64,000 bases of DNA from Catajapyx aquilonaris (taxonomy: Eukaryota): NCBI GenBank assembly GCA_000934665.2, contig KZ538092.1, positions 124,001 through 188,000 of the forward strand, in the 5' to 3' direction. This document shows positions 39,364 to 53,169 of the stretch, piece after piece. Every line of letters starts with the position of its first letter. Positions within the stretch are counted from its first letter, which is position 1. A program made the translations under genes and the position numbers. Below the pieces are notes generated by a model. The model was not told the DNA's origin and did no database searches. It worked only from the letters and a program-made list of their open reading frames with translations.

Positions 39364-42300
39364 TTAACACATGAGGTCAGTGTGGTATTGTCCCTGGTCT
39401 CTAGGTCTAGCCCAAGGAGGCAAAAGCGGTTCTGGTCCTCCTTGATGCGGATGATGGTAGTGGTGGTGATGATGACCCACTGATGACCTCCCGTGACTTG
39501 ACCCGCTGCTGGCCCTCGGGAGGTGTGTCGCCGAGCAATGCGGGTCGTTTCTGGCCAGGAGAAGAGGCGCTTTCTGGTGGTGGTTGGGGTCATGGCCGGC
39601 TCCTCCTGGTGACCAAGCCATCTGGATCTCCCTCGACGGTCCTTCAACCACAGGTACAGGAGACGTCGGGGCTGCAGAGGCGGTCATCTTGTTCCGGTTC
39701 ATCTGCCATCGGACTGCAGCCAGGATGAAGACGCCTAGCACCAAGATGACCGCCGGGAGGGCCACCAATGGTATCAGGGAGAAGGTGTCTCCTGGATTGC
39801 GTCCCACCGTGTCTGAAAGATGAAACAACATCGAGTCATTTTTGAGCAACATTTTAAATTCCAAATACGTGAGTAAATACTTTTCAAGCCAGCTTCAGCG
39901 ATTTCTACGGAGGGTCTAACAGTCACACGTCCATAAATTGAAAAGCTCTCATAAGGTCAACTTTCAAAAGTGATTCTCACTCAAATTGAGTCAAATACAA
40001 TTATAAATATTTTACATTGTGTAGCATTGATTTACCCTTCAGGTCGCGCAATCCAACAAAATCTTGGAATGATTAAAGGCATTGCAGCGCCTGATTGCCT
40101 ATAATGTTATACATAAGTAAAAAAGTCCTTCACTTTTACATATGCCCCAGAGCTTGTTTGCTTCACTGCAACTACGTTGATGTGCCCGAATATTCTCCAA
40201 ATGCTCAGTTCCTGGAGGGTATCACTGCACAGCCTCTTTTGTGATCTGGGAGTTGAAAGCTCTATAGAGGATATGCCTGTGTGGCTGCAGAATATACCCT
40301 CCAGCGCTGATGTAATTTGGACCCTCTCAATACTGGGCCACGTCGCTATAGAATTTGATCCAGAGATTTCTGTATACTGTATAAGGCTGGCTATTCACAG
40401 ACATGTAAATGGATACGTACATGGGATTACAGTGAGGTAGGCTTCCCTGAAGCTGTATCCTTGGTTGTTGGCTCCGACACATATGTACTTTCCAGACTGT
40501 GCCGGAGTAGCTCTGGGGATGATGAGTCTGTGCAAGAACAGACCGTCGCTGGTTTGGTGAATATTCTCGGCCCCTCTTCGCAGGACCCTGAATCGGACAC
40601 CTCCGATGTCCAACGTGCTCTGGTTCGAGGATGAAGTGACACTTCCTTCTTCCACCTATACGAGGAAATCAAGAAGATGTTAATACCTTCCTCTTGACAA
40701 GCTTATAAATTCTTCTTTCGTAACATCATTATTTTCTATATACTGCTGGGCACATATTTGTAACAAAATGCAGAGCAGCAATTCCTATAGCAAGATCCCT
40801 CAGGATTGGTTTACTTGTGCCCAGAAGAAGATCCAATGCGACTTCTCAAGCAAGAAGTCCTTCGATTTTTATGCTATGAAAGGAGGGCTCAATATGTGGA
40901 AATTCATGGAGAACCCAGGGGAAATCCTGAGGCGACTTGAAAATCGAGTGAATGTAAAATGAAGCTGACCTGCTTCAGCCAGTCGATATGGGGGTGACTG
41001 GCGCTTCTCACTGTGCATTGAAGAGACGCCGTCTGTCCCTCGTGAACCGTAGTGTTGACAGGATGAACGCCTTCCAATTGCGGCTTTCTCCCTGTAGTAA
41101 CTATAAAAGAAAGCAACAACTCTAAAGTATACAGGTCATCCGTCACAATGTGCAGTACATACCAACAGCTTCTACGCTGATGTCAAAGTTGGCCTCGCCC
41201 ACAATATTCCAAGCTCTGCAGGTGTAAACCCCAGCATCCCTGGGACTCAGGTTCCTCATGAGCAATACTGTTCCGTCTCGTACATTGTTGCTCACTTGGG
41301 AAGCATCCACCGGTTGGCCGTCCTGCGGGGACGAATAATTTAGTAACAAACTTTCCATGGAAAGTTTGTGCTGTTGTAATAATATATACCTTGAGCCATG
41401 TGGTCTGCGGGCGAGGGTTTCCCACAGCCTGGCACAGAAGATTGAACGATGACCCTAGAGGCCTCTGCACAAAAGGTGACTGGCTAAGGGTCGCTCTGGT
41501 CAGGCTCGGGATGGCAGTCCGACCTTCTTTAGCCTCTTCGTCATCGCCTTGTCCATCGTCGTTGACCACTGACCAACTGGGTCGATGCAATCGGTGTGAC
41601 GATTGGTCCTGTGGCTCCTGGCTATCCGACGACGATCCTGAAATTAATCAGAAAAAATGTTCATATTAAGAAGAGATTAGAATCCGCTTACTTGCATAAA
41701 TTTATTCAATTATCCGGAGTCCAAATGAGATGCGACAATCATGTGCAAATACGATAATCCATAATGCTGATAAATATATTGACTTCATACTAAAGCGGAT
41801 GCCATATTTTTTAATGCTTCAGGCGATAATTATTGATGGGTCGTGGGTCGAATTAGCAGCTACTTAACAGTATTTAACACTCTTACGAATTATCACAGGT
41901 GAAAAAATGTGGCAACCGTGCAAGTGTCCGATGGTAAAGGTGGGGGGGATAAAAAAAATTTGTTGCTCACGTTCAAACTGAAAACAAAGACTGGTGATGT
42001 TGGTGATAAGACTGGAAGGCGTTGGGTCGCTGAGGTGAGGGGGACGGAGTTGATGGGGAGGGTTTGGAGAATAGGTTTCTTTGCTCAGTTGAGGGTTTAA
42101 TGTATCATTGTGATGGCGCCCTGATAGTTGGTTGGCCCACTGCGTCGGAAGTAGTTGCTCACGCTCCAATGACTGCCACATTGCTATAGCTTCATCAGGT
42201 CCGAATTTTTTATCAGGTTATTTTTTTCCCCCCAGCTCTAGCTCCACCACTCCGGAGCGCGAGAAAAATTGCTTGAAGCAATCATTAAAAAGAAATAATC

Positions 42301-45300
42301 CCAAACACGCCGGCAGTTAATATAAATTATTGCATTGTGCCGCCTGAGATAATGGATAACACTTTTTCATTATTTTCACAGCCCCTCCCTGGGTATCAGA
42401 TATAATTGTCGAATTCCATGCAGCAACTGCATTCATTGCCCGGATTTCATTCCCATGGTTATTGTCTCTTGGCCGTGGAAGCTATAATTTTGAACATCAT
42501 CAGCGGATAAAAAATTAAGAATGATTGTGGCCATGTCCGCATATAAAAGAGTACGTTTATATTACGCCAAACAAATTTAGGCTGATATAATCTATACAAC
42601 ATTTTCGGTCAAATTTTCAGCCTGATAGGAGGATATTACGTTCACTATTTTTATTCTAATGATCAGCCACTTTCTGCTAATATTTCAACGACAATGTAAG
42701 TGAAGTCACACAACGTTTTGGCCGGAATGTCTATCAACATTTTTTACATTCTATAATATTTTCAGCTTACAAAAAAGGTTGCGAAGCATTTTTTTTCTCT
42801 TAAATCTTGTTAAAACATATTGCCCACTGTCAGAAGAATTACGACTTAAATATTTTCGTGTAGCTCGTGGGCGCAGTGCCCTTGACACATCCTCAATTAA
42901 CCCAATTTTTCACGTGTGTGGACATCGTAGTCGTTAGTTCTCAGGACCTCCCGAGACAGAGGGGTGACGTTAAAAAAATAATTGGTCGGGCATGGGAAAT
43001 GTCCTGAGAGATAAGAGCCCGGGTTTTGGAGGGGAAAAAATATTGGTGGGGCAGCTGTGTCCTTTCAGAGAGAGAAAAGGCCACAAATCTGTCGTTGAGG
43101 TAGTGGAGAATGGCGGCTTGGGTCCTGAGGTGTGAGGGGAGGTAGGGCAGAAAATATATATCTGGTAAAGGGCGTTTGGGTTGGGCGCGCCTCGTCGCCT
43201 GCCAGCTCAACCGTGGGGCTCTCGGGTGACAGACATACCCGACCCCACAGAGGATTTGGTTTCCAGGCCATGCCAGGAAGAAAAAAAAAGCCTTATACAA
43301 CACTGAACCCACAAAAAAAATCATACCCAACACTAGAAGACGGATTGAAGCCTCTTCCCAGCCGAATCCGTTGACTCCTTTGCACATGTACAGGCCAGAG
43401 TCCTCATGGGTCGATTCCTTCAGGCGAAGTGATCGGCCGTTCAGCTTCAGACGATCCCATATTTTTGTCACTGATTCTCCATCCTGTTTTGGGGGAATAA
43501 TGGTTTCGGTTATTGGGTTGTCAGCAGATTATTTTGGCTATAGAGAAGGATGATTGATTTGGGACCTTCGGAGACCCTCGCACGCGGCATGTGTCATGGT
43601 GACTCATTTGAACACGAGCATTACTCACCATCATTAGAAGACACATGTAATCAAAAACGACACGACAGTTGACTTACTCTACAAGTTTCCAATATTTGCA
43701 GAAATGTGGCGAATGAGCCTGCAGAATGAACTCATTTTTCAGCACGATTTCATAAGGTTCTGTAATAAATCAGCAGTAACGCGAGGTGAACGCCCTACTC
43801 TCCTCAGCCAGTGTTTATATATCCTGGGAGCATATGCAACTCGAGTGTTTACCCCCCAAGTATTCGGCCTGCTAGGGGGCCCACTCAAAACGCACTACTT
43901 TTCGGCGGTTCGTCCCCTATTGTAACTGGTTTGATCTACAGCTCGCAGTTGTCACGCTGAGGCTTATTCAACCGCGATAATTATCCCATCATATCGCCCT
44001 GACAAAGGTATGCTTATACAGCAGATTAAAGCGGGGGGACCGATTTCCAAAGTTGGGTGTGTGTGGGGGGCGGTCCATTGTCCAAGAATTATATCTCCGA
44101 TAAGCAGCTTTTGGGCAGGGCCACTCTATAACCCCCACGAGGGTCATTACCATACATTACCTTTGTCCAGTGCACCATTGGGGGTGGATTGGCATCGACG
44201 GGACACACCAGTTTGACATCGTCTCCTTCTCTGACCGTCTGTTGCTGTGCAGAAGGACCCAACAATCGGGGTGGACCTGTAGACCAAAATATTATTTTTC
44301 TTGGCAATTTCATGGGGCAGACCTTTTGACAAACACCAAAATTACGATTTCTTCGCTTCAGGCTTTTGGGGTGGATTTTTGGAGGGGGGGGGAGTATAGC
44401 TAGGGGGGGAAGAGAACCCGCAAGCTTTCTGCCTGAGTAAACACTCTTGAAAGGCTGCGGTGGAAATAGCCGGGCCGAGTCAACACGCAGCCCATCAAAA
44501 CGCAACTGCACGCCAAACAGCTTCTGCTTCGCCTAAACAGCCTCCCAGGAGTGTTTATTATGCGGGAGGAAAGCGAGGATGGATGTGTGTGTATAGGTGC
44601 TGCAGAGGACTAAGTGGTGTAGAGACCATATGTGTTAAAAAAAAGCACCAAAAATTTTCGCTCGTTTCCGGGATTTCTAATGTGGATAGAAAACATTTTC
44701 TTCGTGCAATGGTACGGCCTGATGCCAAACCCGTTTTTTTTTATTTGCATGGCACACCTTGGCGGCCATGGCACCGAAATTTCAGCATTCAATGGCCTTT
44801 TTTTTCGGAGAGGGAAAGCATGCATGAAATTCAGAATATTTTCACTACACGGTTTTATGGTGTGCCATCTTGTTAATCACATGTGGAGGACATTGCAGAT
44901 TTGGTAATGCGACCTCAAATTCGCAACCACTTTCAGGTCACCACAAATCTGTGCCGAATCGTCCTTCGCATATGCCCACCTAATGCTCAAACCCACATCT
45001 GATTATATCACTATTTTTATAGAACGTCTGAGGTTAGGAAATTCAGTGCGTTTTTTTTCTGGTGCGTGTGTCCCTTTCAGAGGGGCTTGCCACACCGGGT
45101 ACCAAAAATAGCCTTGGCTCTCTCGACAAGTCGACAAGCTCCATTACTCCTAACCTCCCCTACCCTTGTCACTTATTCCCTACCCACACCCACCACAAAA
45201 AAAACAACAACCGAATAAAACAAAAAAAATATATGTCTTTAAAAAAAAAAATCCCTCCCGTGAAGCAGTGTTTGCTTAGAGATCTGGAATGACGGCATGC

Positions 45301-46106
45301 ATCTTGGCTTATTCCTTGACCCTTTCGACCCCTTACCCACCTTGAAAAGGGGCCAGGAGTTACCCTTTTCGGCAGGAGGAATACCATCCTTCACACTCTC
45401 TGCTCATTTTTCATCATCACTTTTCACCGTGGGGGGAACCCGAGGAACAAAGTGAAAAATTCATCACCCTGCCAGGATGTGAGCAAGGCTAGCACTTCCG
45501 AAATATTCCCCCACGCCCGTCTGTCTCGACTTACAACTTGCTTATATTGAACTAACCCGTCATCATGACTCACAACCCACACCTGCTAAATCCACGTTTT
45601 TAGATGACAGCATGCTTGCCATATTTTCATTTAAAAAAATATATTGGTAAATTTTGTGTTTGATTGCCAATTTCATACTGATTATAGGTTCTGCCCAATT
45701 TTGGCAACCGTTTCACTAGTCTAAAATAATTTGCAATTATTTAACGCCTGAAATATACGGTAATAAAATAGTATAGTGACGCCCGCCGTGACGTTACTTG
45801 CCAATACCTTGAGTACCTTGGCTGCCTTTTAGAGAACCTGGATAATAACAGTCCAGCACCGGATAATATAGTGTTCTTGTCGGAAGCCCGTAAAAGGCGA
45901 GAGGCCTTGTGGTCCACATACTGACTGACCCACTCTGGATGCCAGATAACCCCCCCAGTGCATCGCAGTGTTGCCATCAATCTCTTTTTTTTTGAAGTAA
46001 GAAAGACAAAAAGAAGAAAAAACAACTTACCTTTATTTGCATCCGCCACAAGGATCCAGGCTCTAAGCAGAAAAAGTAGGATCAGTCCCAACGACTTCAT
46101 AGTCAT
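39364..46106 (-). CDS. FGFRL1: FGFRL1-like kinase-less receptor, paralog C, about 523 aa, 8 coding exons
   Basis: Exons 46106-46031 ([25 protein letters not shown]), 44276-44161, 43483-43327, 41637-41390, 41322-41163, 41100-40970, 40655-40421 and 39812-39364; all GT-AG and in frame. Ig1 has [10 protein letters not shown]. Ig3 has [15 protein letters not shown]...[22 protein letters not shown], close to the vertebrate FGFRL1 D3 end. TM segment is [19 protein letters not shown]. The tail has [10 protein letters not shown] and ends YHTDLMC. Confidence 0.9.
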
Positions 46107-48703
46107 TGATTCAGGACCTGTTTGAATAAGAGAGAGATGTATAGACAAAGAGGACTGGAGGGGTAACCCTCGAAAAAAAAAGAGTGTAATCTGCCCCATC
46201 GGTTCCGAGTCATCCAATCGAATAGTGCAAAATGAGACAAGAGCCAAGCCCATAGTAAGCACGCGAAGGGGACCGTACACACGTATGGACCATCAGATCG
46301 ATCAATTGCCAGACGACAAATATATCTGACAGGTAAAGGAAGCATGTTTTCAAAAATTTGCATGGGAATTGACAGGTTTTGATAATAGCCAACAGCAAAT
46401 TAAGGAGAAAATTTAATTATATGAAATACTGAGCCTATTTTTTATTAATTTGCACGAGTACTTAACTAATATGCTGTTACGGTCAGGTTTGCTCTAAATT
46501 CAGGATCAATTACGGGCAGGTTTTACTGCCTTTTTATTCGTACGGAAACCTGTTCAGCGCGAAAAGGATCCATACCACTTCTGACAGGTTTTCATGTCCC
46601 TTAAGACAAGCTTTGATGAATTTCTTTTTCACAAAGGAAGTAAATAATTAGGCCGTCTGGGGGCAAGGCACTGATAATAACCGATACAAAGCTGATGTGC
46701 ACTAACAGATACTAGAAAACAAATACATCAATGGGAGTCGATATTACTCTTTGTACAAACCAAGCACCTGCGATAGTAAATTTCAAAAACTTCAGAACCA
46801 TAAAGAGTATCTAGCGCTATTAATCACTGAAAAACAATGACTCTTACTCCAATGGATCATGATAATGATCACAGTCGGGCGTAATGCAAGAAGTGAATTA
46901 TACGACAGGCACAACTTGTAACTCAACCCTAATTCAGTGATATCTACGAATAATTCAATTTATGAACAAGTGCGTGGTGTACTGACTGCCCAAGTTCATG
47001 ATGAGAAGGTCACGATTGTTTACTCTAGCAACAAGCTGCAAACGACACTGGAGCTTGAGACTTTCATTAATTATAATAATTGCACATATTAGCAACAGTG
47101 TAGTTTTAATTCCATTGCACTATTGTATTAACTTCCTTTACCGTAAAATATCAGACATTATTTTCCATCATCTCCAACCCTTTAGACCCGCAGTTTCTCC
47201 AGCAATAAACCCGTGAAACTAATGGCGTGCAAGCATTTGAGTTATACATGCGTAGTCACAACGGCAACGCAGACCTTATGAATTGTTGATTGGTCAGAAT
47301 AATTCGGCTGGCAATTTGCCTAATTGGGGCTTCCCTATTGCCATTGGAATAAAGTAGGGCCCCGGAGAGCTGCGCAAGGGGAGCAAACCGCACTTTCTTT
47401 TTATTACCTCCCCCCCCCCCCCCATACATACTTCTCATTTATTCCCATTCCTCCCCCACCATTCTCTTCCCCTGCTCTTTATTTATTCCGCCTCTCCCCA
47501 GCTCGTAAGGTGATGTCATCCACCTTTTGCCTTTATCGCATTGATTTGTGTACTTGCCCAGTTGCCAATATTTCTGGTTTTGAAAGGCCCACCCCCGTTT
47601 TTGGTTGGACCCAGAGAGAGTTGAGTAGTTGACCCAGCACATTCTGGTTTGATTTTTTTTTTTAATGTCTCATTCCAACCCACTCTGCTGACCTGGGGGT
47701 GTCGCAATGGAGTGCGACTAACGACATGCCTGTCGGATTAGACCTCCATTAGATATGCTATGGAAAAACCTTGTGGTTGGCAGGTCGGTGTGTGCAAGTA
47801 GTCAGCTGTGGCATACACAAGTGCAATGACACTTAGTAACACGAACCCCTTTTAAAACTCCCAAGTTTACGACCGGTTCATACTTCGCGCCCTCCATGCG
47901 CACACGAAATTGCCCCCCAAAAAATATTGGCTCCACATACCTGTATGATCCTCACCACGTGCGAACCGAGTGGCAACCTCACGCACATGTATCCCTGAAT
48001 CTCTGACACTGCCTCTGGCGACTTACTGACTGTATCTGCCTGTCTCTACTGGCTTGGCCCCTCTCTCTTGGAGTTGGAGAGAGAGAGAGAGAGAACCCCC
48101 CACCACCTGCCCCCTCTTTTGGCCTCCACCCCTAACCCCCCACAGTCCCTTCCCACCCACCCCCTTAAGTGAGTACCCGCTGCTAATCCGCTGATCGCTG
48201 CCACTCGCTTAGGACAAGCATTTTCACTCCGTTGCCAAGTTGGAACACTACATTGCTCACTACCATGCGCATCTAATTCATTTGAATGAGGAACAAAAAT
48301 TGAATCCACCAGAGGATGTCCCACATTATGTGGATGGAAGGTTGTTTACCCCAGCAACTAATGATGATGACAAATAATCTACAGGGTGACTCTATAAAGT
48401 CAGGATACATAGGATTGTATATTGTTGGTTGTCAGTTTGTGCCAACTCAAACTTTACTGACTGTCAACAATCACAATCAGCTATAGTTGGCACAACTGGA
48501 AACCAACAATTCAATCCAATTACCGGTACCTATGTATCCTGACTTTAGAGTCCCCCTTGTAAAAATTAAAATATTTCGTTGTATGACATGTGATTGGCCC
48601 GCCGTATATTGTTTGCTGGACGCTTCCTATTGGCCCCCGTTTTGCGCCTGCGCAATGGGGGAAGGCAGCACCTCTGGTGGATGTAAATAATGTTGAATTT
48701 AGT

Positions 48704-48764
48704 TAGTTACCGCTAACTTAGCAGTACCAGTGTGGGAATGTTACTGCTAAGTTAGCAGTAACTA
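48704..48764. repeat. Inverted repeat, 23-bp arms (1 mismatch) with a 15-nt loop
   Basis: TAGTTACCGCTAACTTAGCAGTA ... TACTGCTAAGTTAGCAGTAACTA. Confidence 0.85.
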
Positions 48765-51454
48765 GCAGTGGGACAAAAAAAATCCATCAATAATTGCACC
48801 TGTTCAGTGAGAGACGAATTCTGAGAAAACCATGCGAATATGAGTCAACAGGCCAATTATCTGGGGCGAAATTGTGGTGAAATTTAGGCATTTTGTTATC
48901 GACTGTGCAGTAGGGTAGTAAATTGCGTATGTTGAATTATTTAACTGTGATGAATTATTTAATAGGGGGAAAAGGGAAGGTGGGGTGTCTCGGGAAGTTT
49001 TAGGTGGAAAAACAGGGTTTGGCAACAGGGCGTCCTCCTGGAAGCACCCCCGACCGAGTCCCATTTTCCTTGGACGCGACAAATTTGCCACCCGGACAAA
49101 AGTAAAGTTTTTGGACAGAAGAGGGGCGTAGCCATCTGTCACGTCAGTCAGGACCCAAAAGAAGGGACAAAGATCTTTTCTTTCCAAGGACTCCCCATCT
49201 GGCTTTTGTCCTGTTGGTGTGGGGGGAGACTCTCTCCATTTGGGAGCAAAGAGGACAGTGGTGGTTCAAGGGGGTGGATTTTGGAGGGAACCCCTCCAGA
49301 GAGGACCCCCCAACCACCATCGCACCAGGCCCACCACCCCCATCATCCTGTGCTCTTTAGTACTTCTTCCTCAGACTCCTCCCTGCAACTAAATGACATT
49401 AGTCCATAATCCCATCCGGTGACTCACTGGAGCCATTCTTGATCCCTTCAACTTGTACAGTTAGCTATCTTGGAATTCGGAGCGCGAACGTGTCAGTCCG
49501 GGGGCAGCTTGGCAACTTAATCTACTTTTTTTTTTGCGTGTCTTGGGTGGGTGTGTAAATGTTAAGCCGGACCTGAAAGTCGATTTTTCACGTAATTCCA
49601 ACGACGTAGACAGGGATTTAAGAAAAAGCAGGGTTGGGACAACTGACGCGCAAGAAAAAGTATCGGATTTGAGCTTTGTAACTGACATGTCCGTTCGATG
49701 ATGATGATGATGATAACGTGACAACTTGTAATTCATGCTTGGCGCAAAAAATGGGATCAGGAATGTGGTCTTAGTCGTGTTACTTAAGGATACAGACATA
49801 TGACACACATGTGATTATGAAGGAAGTAGCACATTCCTTCTTAGATGTCGCGGAGGAAGGGTACACCACCGGCTTAATTTTAATCATTGGGGTAATTAGC
49901 ACACAGGGCGGTCCAGACACGCCTTCGTTTTATTACAGCATGTCAGTTTCAATTATGGAAACAAGCAGTCCGGCACCGATGCAATTTTCAGGTTTTATTT
50001 TCACTTTGTATTTCTTTTGAAATTCCTGACTCTTCCTTCACGTAACAATATTTTCATCCCAAACAAAACCGTTGGCGTCCAACAGGAACGTTAGCGTCAG
50101 GCATGCGTGACACAAAAAGTTTGTGTTCATAATCAGACAAGATCCGAAGAAAAGGCTTTTCGTAGAATTGCTTATTTGTCATGATCTTCTCTTTTTGGCC
50201 CCCCCGCAGGTGTTTTGAGAGATGAGGCAGCAACTGTGAGGATGAGGGGTCCTCCCCCATTCCAATGAAAAAAATCGGTGGCAAGAGGACACCTTGTGGG
50301 TTGGGTTCGGGCGACACCTGAGGAGGTCCAGCCCTTGGGACATCCTCTGGAAGGTTGGAGGGGGGGGGGGNGAAGACAAGAGAGCCAGTCCTTCCAGTTT
50401 TTGGTGGACTTATCGCAGCCCTCTCTTGACCCTGGATGAGCATACAGACGCTGTAGGGGGACACACCGGGGGGAAAAAAATATGAACAAAAGGTAACCTG
50501 AGTCATGCCTACACTGCTGGGTGTCTCGGATCCATTTTTATTCTCAGGGGGAAATGTCACAAGAGGGCTTTGAAACAATTGCGGGGGTCAACCTTCGTGT
50601 CTCCTTACGTCTCGTCGAATCCATCACTCTCTTCCACACTACTCGTGTCGCGTCTTGTTGTATATCATTCCAACACAGCTTGCTTGATTTGCATAGACGT
50701 GATGGATAGATCCATGATTTAGTGTCAGGTTGTGGATTATTCCTTCGTGAAATATGCCAGGAACAGTTTAGGCCAACACTGGCGCTCTACAATCGTTATT
50801 AACCAATTAATTGAGCTTAATGGCTAATTATTAGAACTGGTTACTATTTGGCCATAAATTAATTTACCAGGTAAAGATAATAATCAGCCTGTTCTCCCTT
50901 CCTTTTCATCTTCGCTCCCTAATGCTTATTTCTCGTCGTGTTCTTTGAAAAATCCTGGAAAAATAACTGCGCAGCCGGCTGATTTCTTTCTGTCGGATTA
51001 CTTACGACCTCCTTCTAACTTAATTGTGATCTGTGATCAATCATCATGATGTCTTCAAAATGACACTTTTGTTTACTGACACCTTTCCAATGGAACTGGT
51101 TTGTCCCTGTTATCAGGGAGTTTCCATGGCATGTCAACCCCTCCCAATAGAGATGAAGTTTTGGTTTCCAATTAAAACAAAATGACAATATATAGATAAG
51201 CATTTAAAAACAAGTTGATATATTAAATTGTACAAAAACTTATTAATGAAACGATCTAGTGGCAGACCATCTCCATGCCCCCCATCTCTTTGACCGCTTT
51301 GGACTATACAATCACAATACCTCTTGGCTGATCAGAAAGTATAAGGTCTCCAAGGCTGTAACCTTTATTCTAGATTTTGGGAGAAGATGGAGGACAAGTG
51401 GTTTAAATGTGATCTACTCAATTACACTATGCAACAAAATTCAACGTTATTTTC

Positions 51455-51812
51455 TGTCCACGGAAATTCATCGCCATTTACTTGTTCCTTAGGTCACTCG
51501 TAACTCATAATTACCATGATGCATTTTGTCTGAGATTTGTTTTTGACCTCGGGGCTGTCAAAAAATAAAATTCCTCGAAATTTTGGGGACTTTCCTAATC
51601 AAGTGGGCCGAAATGTTGCTAGACTATCTCGGAATTTGCTGAAGAAAATCACAGCTGTACACATCTATGTCATGACACTGCATATCAAGTATACATTGCG
51701 CAATACTGTGGGGAGGAAAGAAATCGCGAAATTTTGAAAAGGGCTGAAAATGAGGCCTCTTTTGTCAATTTTGTTTTCGGGTAGTGGAAGTGGTCAAACC
51801 CCAATAAACATA
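51455..51812 (+). repeat. Left arm of a diverged ~350-400 bp inverted repeat pair
   Basis: Blocks TTTTGTCTGAGATTTGTTTTTGACCT, AAATGTTGCTAGAC, GAAAATCACAGCTGTACAC, GTGGGGAGGAA and GAAGTGGTCAAACCCCAATAAACATA recur reverse-complemented at about 53170-53575. Ends are approximate. Confidence 0.82.
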
Positions 51813-52351
51813 TAAGTTACAGTATGGTATATCAAATTAAAGATAACAGCGAGGAGAGTTCGCCCATGGAATTAGTTTTACTCTAAAATGTAACCAGCTC
51901 AGTCACATCCAAGAATTTTGACTCCAACAATGAGTGATGTATTTGTGTAACAGCAGTCATATTTGGTGATAAGAGTTGTGACCCACACAAGTTCGAAGTC
52001 TGGAGAAAATAATAAGTTATATGTTTTGCAGATAACTTATAGTTTATACTATTAATTTTCAAGGACCCAAATTCTTGGACATGTGACCAATGGAATGCCA
52101 CTCACAATATTCTGGATACATTTTCGTAATTCCATAAGTGCCTTCCAGTGTTTCTCTTTCATTTGATATACAGTAATTAACTTGTCTATGTTGGACAATG
52201 ATGGTTGCATTTCAAAAGTCCAACATAGAGAGGTGCCCAATTTATTAGGATTTCAAGTTTTCAACCTAACAGATTCATAGTACAACTCAGTAATGTAGAG
52301 TACAATTCAAAGAACTGTACAGTATTCATCCAGTAATCAAATTCCAATATA

Positions 52352-52568
52352 CAGAGTGTCTCAACTTTTTTGTCCGAACAGTTATCGGAAAAGCCTACGT
52401 ATCTTCTAGCTATGTAGGCTAGCCTATGTCCCAACATTCCTGGCACATCCCGCAACTGATAAAGGCAGGGAAGCATCACTGGTTGGCGGTTGCAAGTCAC
52501 TGCTAAAAAATATGCAGCTTAGTGCAATATTTCCGATAATTGTTCGGACAAAAAGTTGAGACACCCTG
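52352..52568. mobile_element. Tc1/mariner-type MITE with TA target duplication
   Basis: TA|CAGAGTGTCTCAACTTTTTTGTCCGAACAGTTATCGGAAA ... TTTCCGATAATTGTTCGGACAAAAAGTTGAGACACCCTG|TA; TIRs of about 39 bp. Confidence 0.88.
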
Positions 52569-52839
52569 TATGTTTATGCAGGCTATTTACTTATTTTCAG
52601 TGCAGTCTTCATAATATACAATTCCTGGAACTGGCTTACTCTTTGGTTTAAAAAAATCGGTAACAAGTGACTTTTTAAAAATTTACCAGCCTCTGTCTCT
52701 CCACAGCAACATTCTGGTCAATAATCTTGTGCTAAAATGACTCAGGCATGCGTCATAAAATGTATTCACACCTCAGCATGGTTCAATTTTTAAGGAAAAA
52801 CAAAAATACACACCAAGTAAATGTGACAATTGTACCGTA

Positions 52840-53047
52840 CAGTCCCGAGCATAAAGTTGGGAGACAGCAGGCCATCCCCTTCGCAGGATGCTCTGGAAAT
52901 CCCCGCCAATATGGTATCAAATATACAGTTATAAATACATGAACACACCCCTAAAGCAGCTGGGTCCAAAAAGAGTCCATTAGTTTGAGTCAGATAATGG
53001 AAGGTCAGAGAAGGCCTGTAGTGCCTCCAACTTCATGCTTGGGACTG
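52840..53047. mobile_element. Second Tc1/mariner-type MITE with TA target duplication
   Basis: TA|CAGTCCCGAGCATAAAGTTGG ... CCAACTTCATGCTTGGGACTG|TA; 21-bp TIR with 2 mismatches. Confidence 0.82.
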
Positions 53048-53169
53048 TACATGTCCAGCGTAAGAGGAAAAAAGTGTCTAACTTAGCAACATTGCAAGGG
53101 ATAGGCTTTTTGATGGTTCCAAAAATAATGTCCAACTTAACCAGGTGTCCAACTTGACAGGTTTTACTG

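Noticed and set aside
42858..42905. tRNA/SINE-like fragment (GTGTAGCTCGTGG...GTGCCCTTGAC)
   Set aside because: A-box-like start only, with no B-box or cloverleaf; too short to call.
5674..46106. Canonical FGFR tyrosine kinase
   Set aside because: No kinase motifs follow any TM segment, and stops occur within about 115-145 residues of the membrane.
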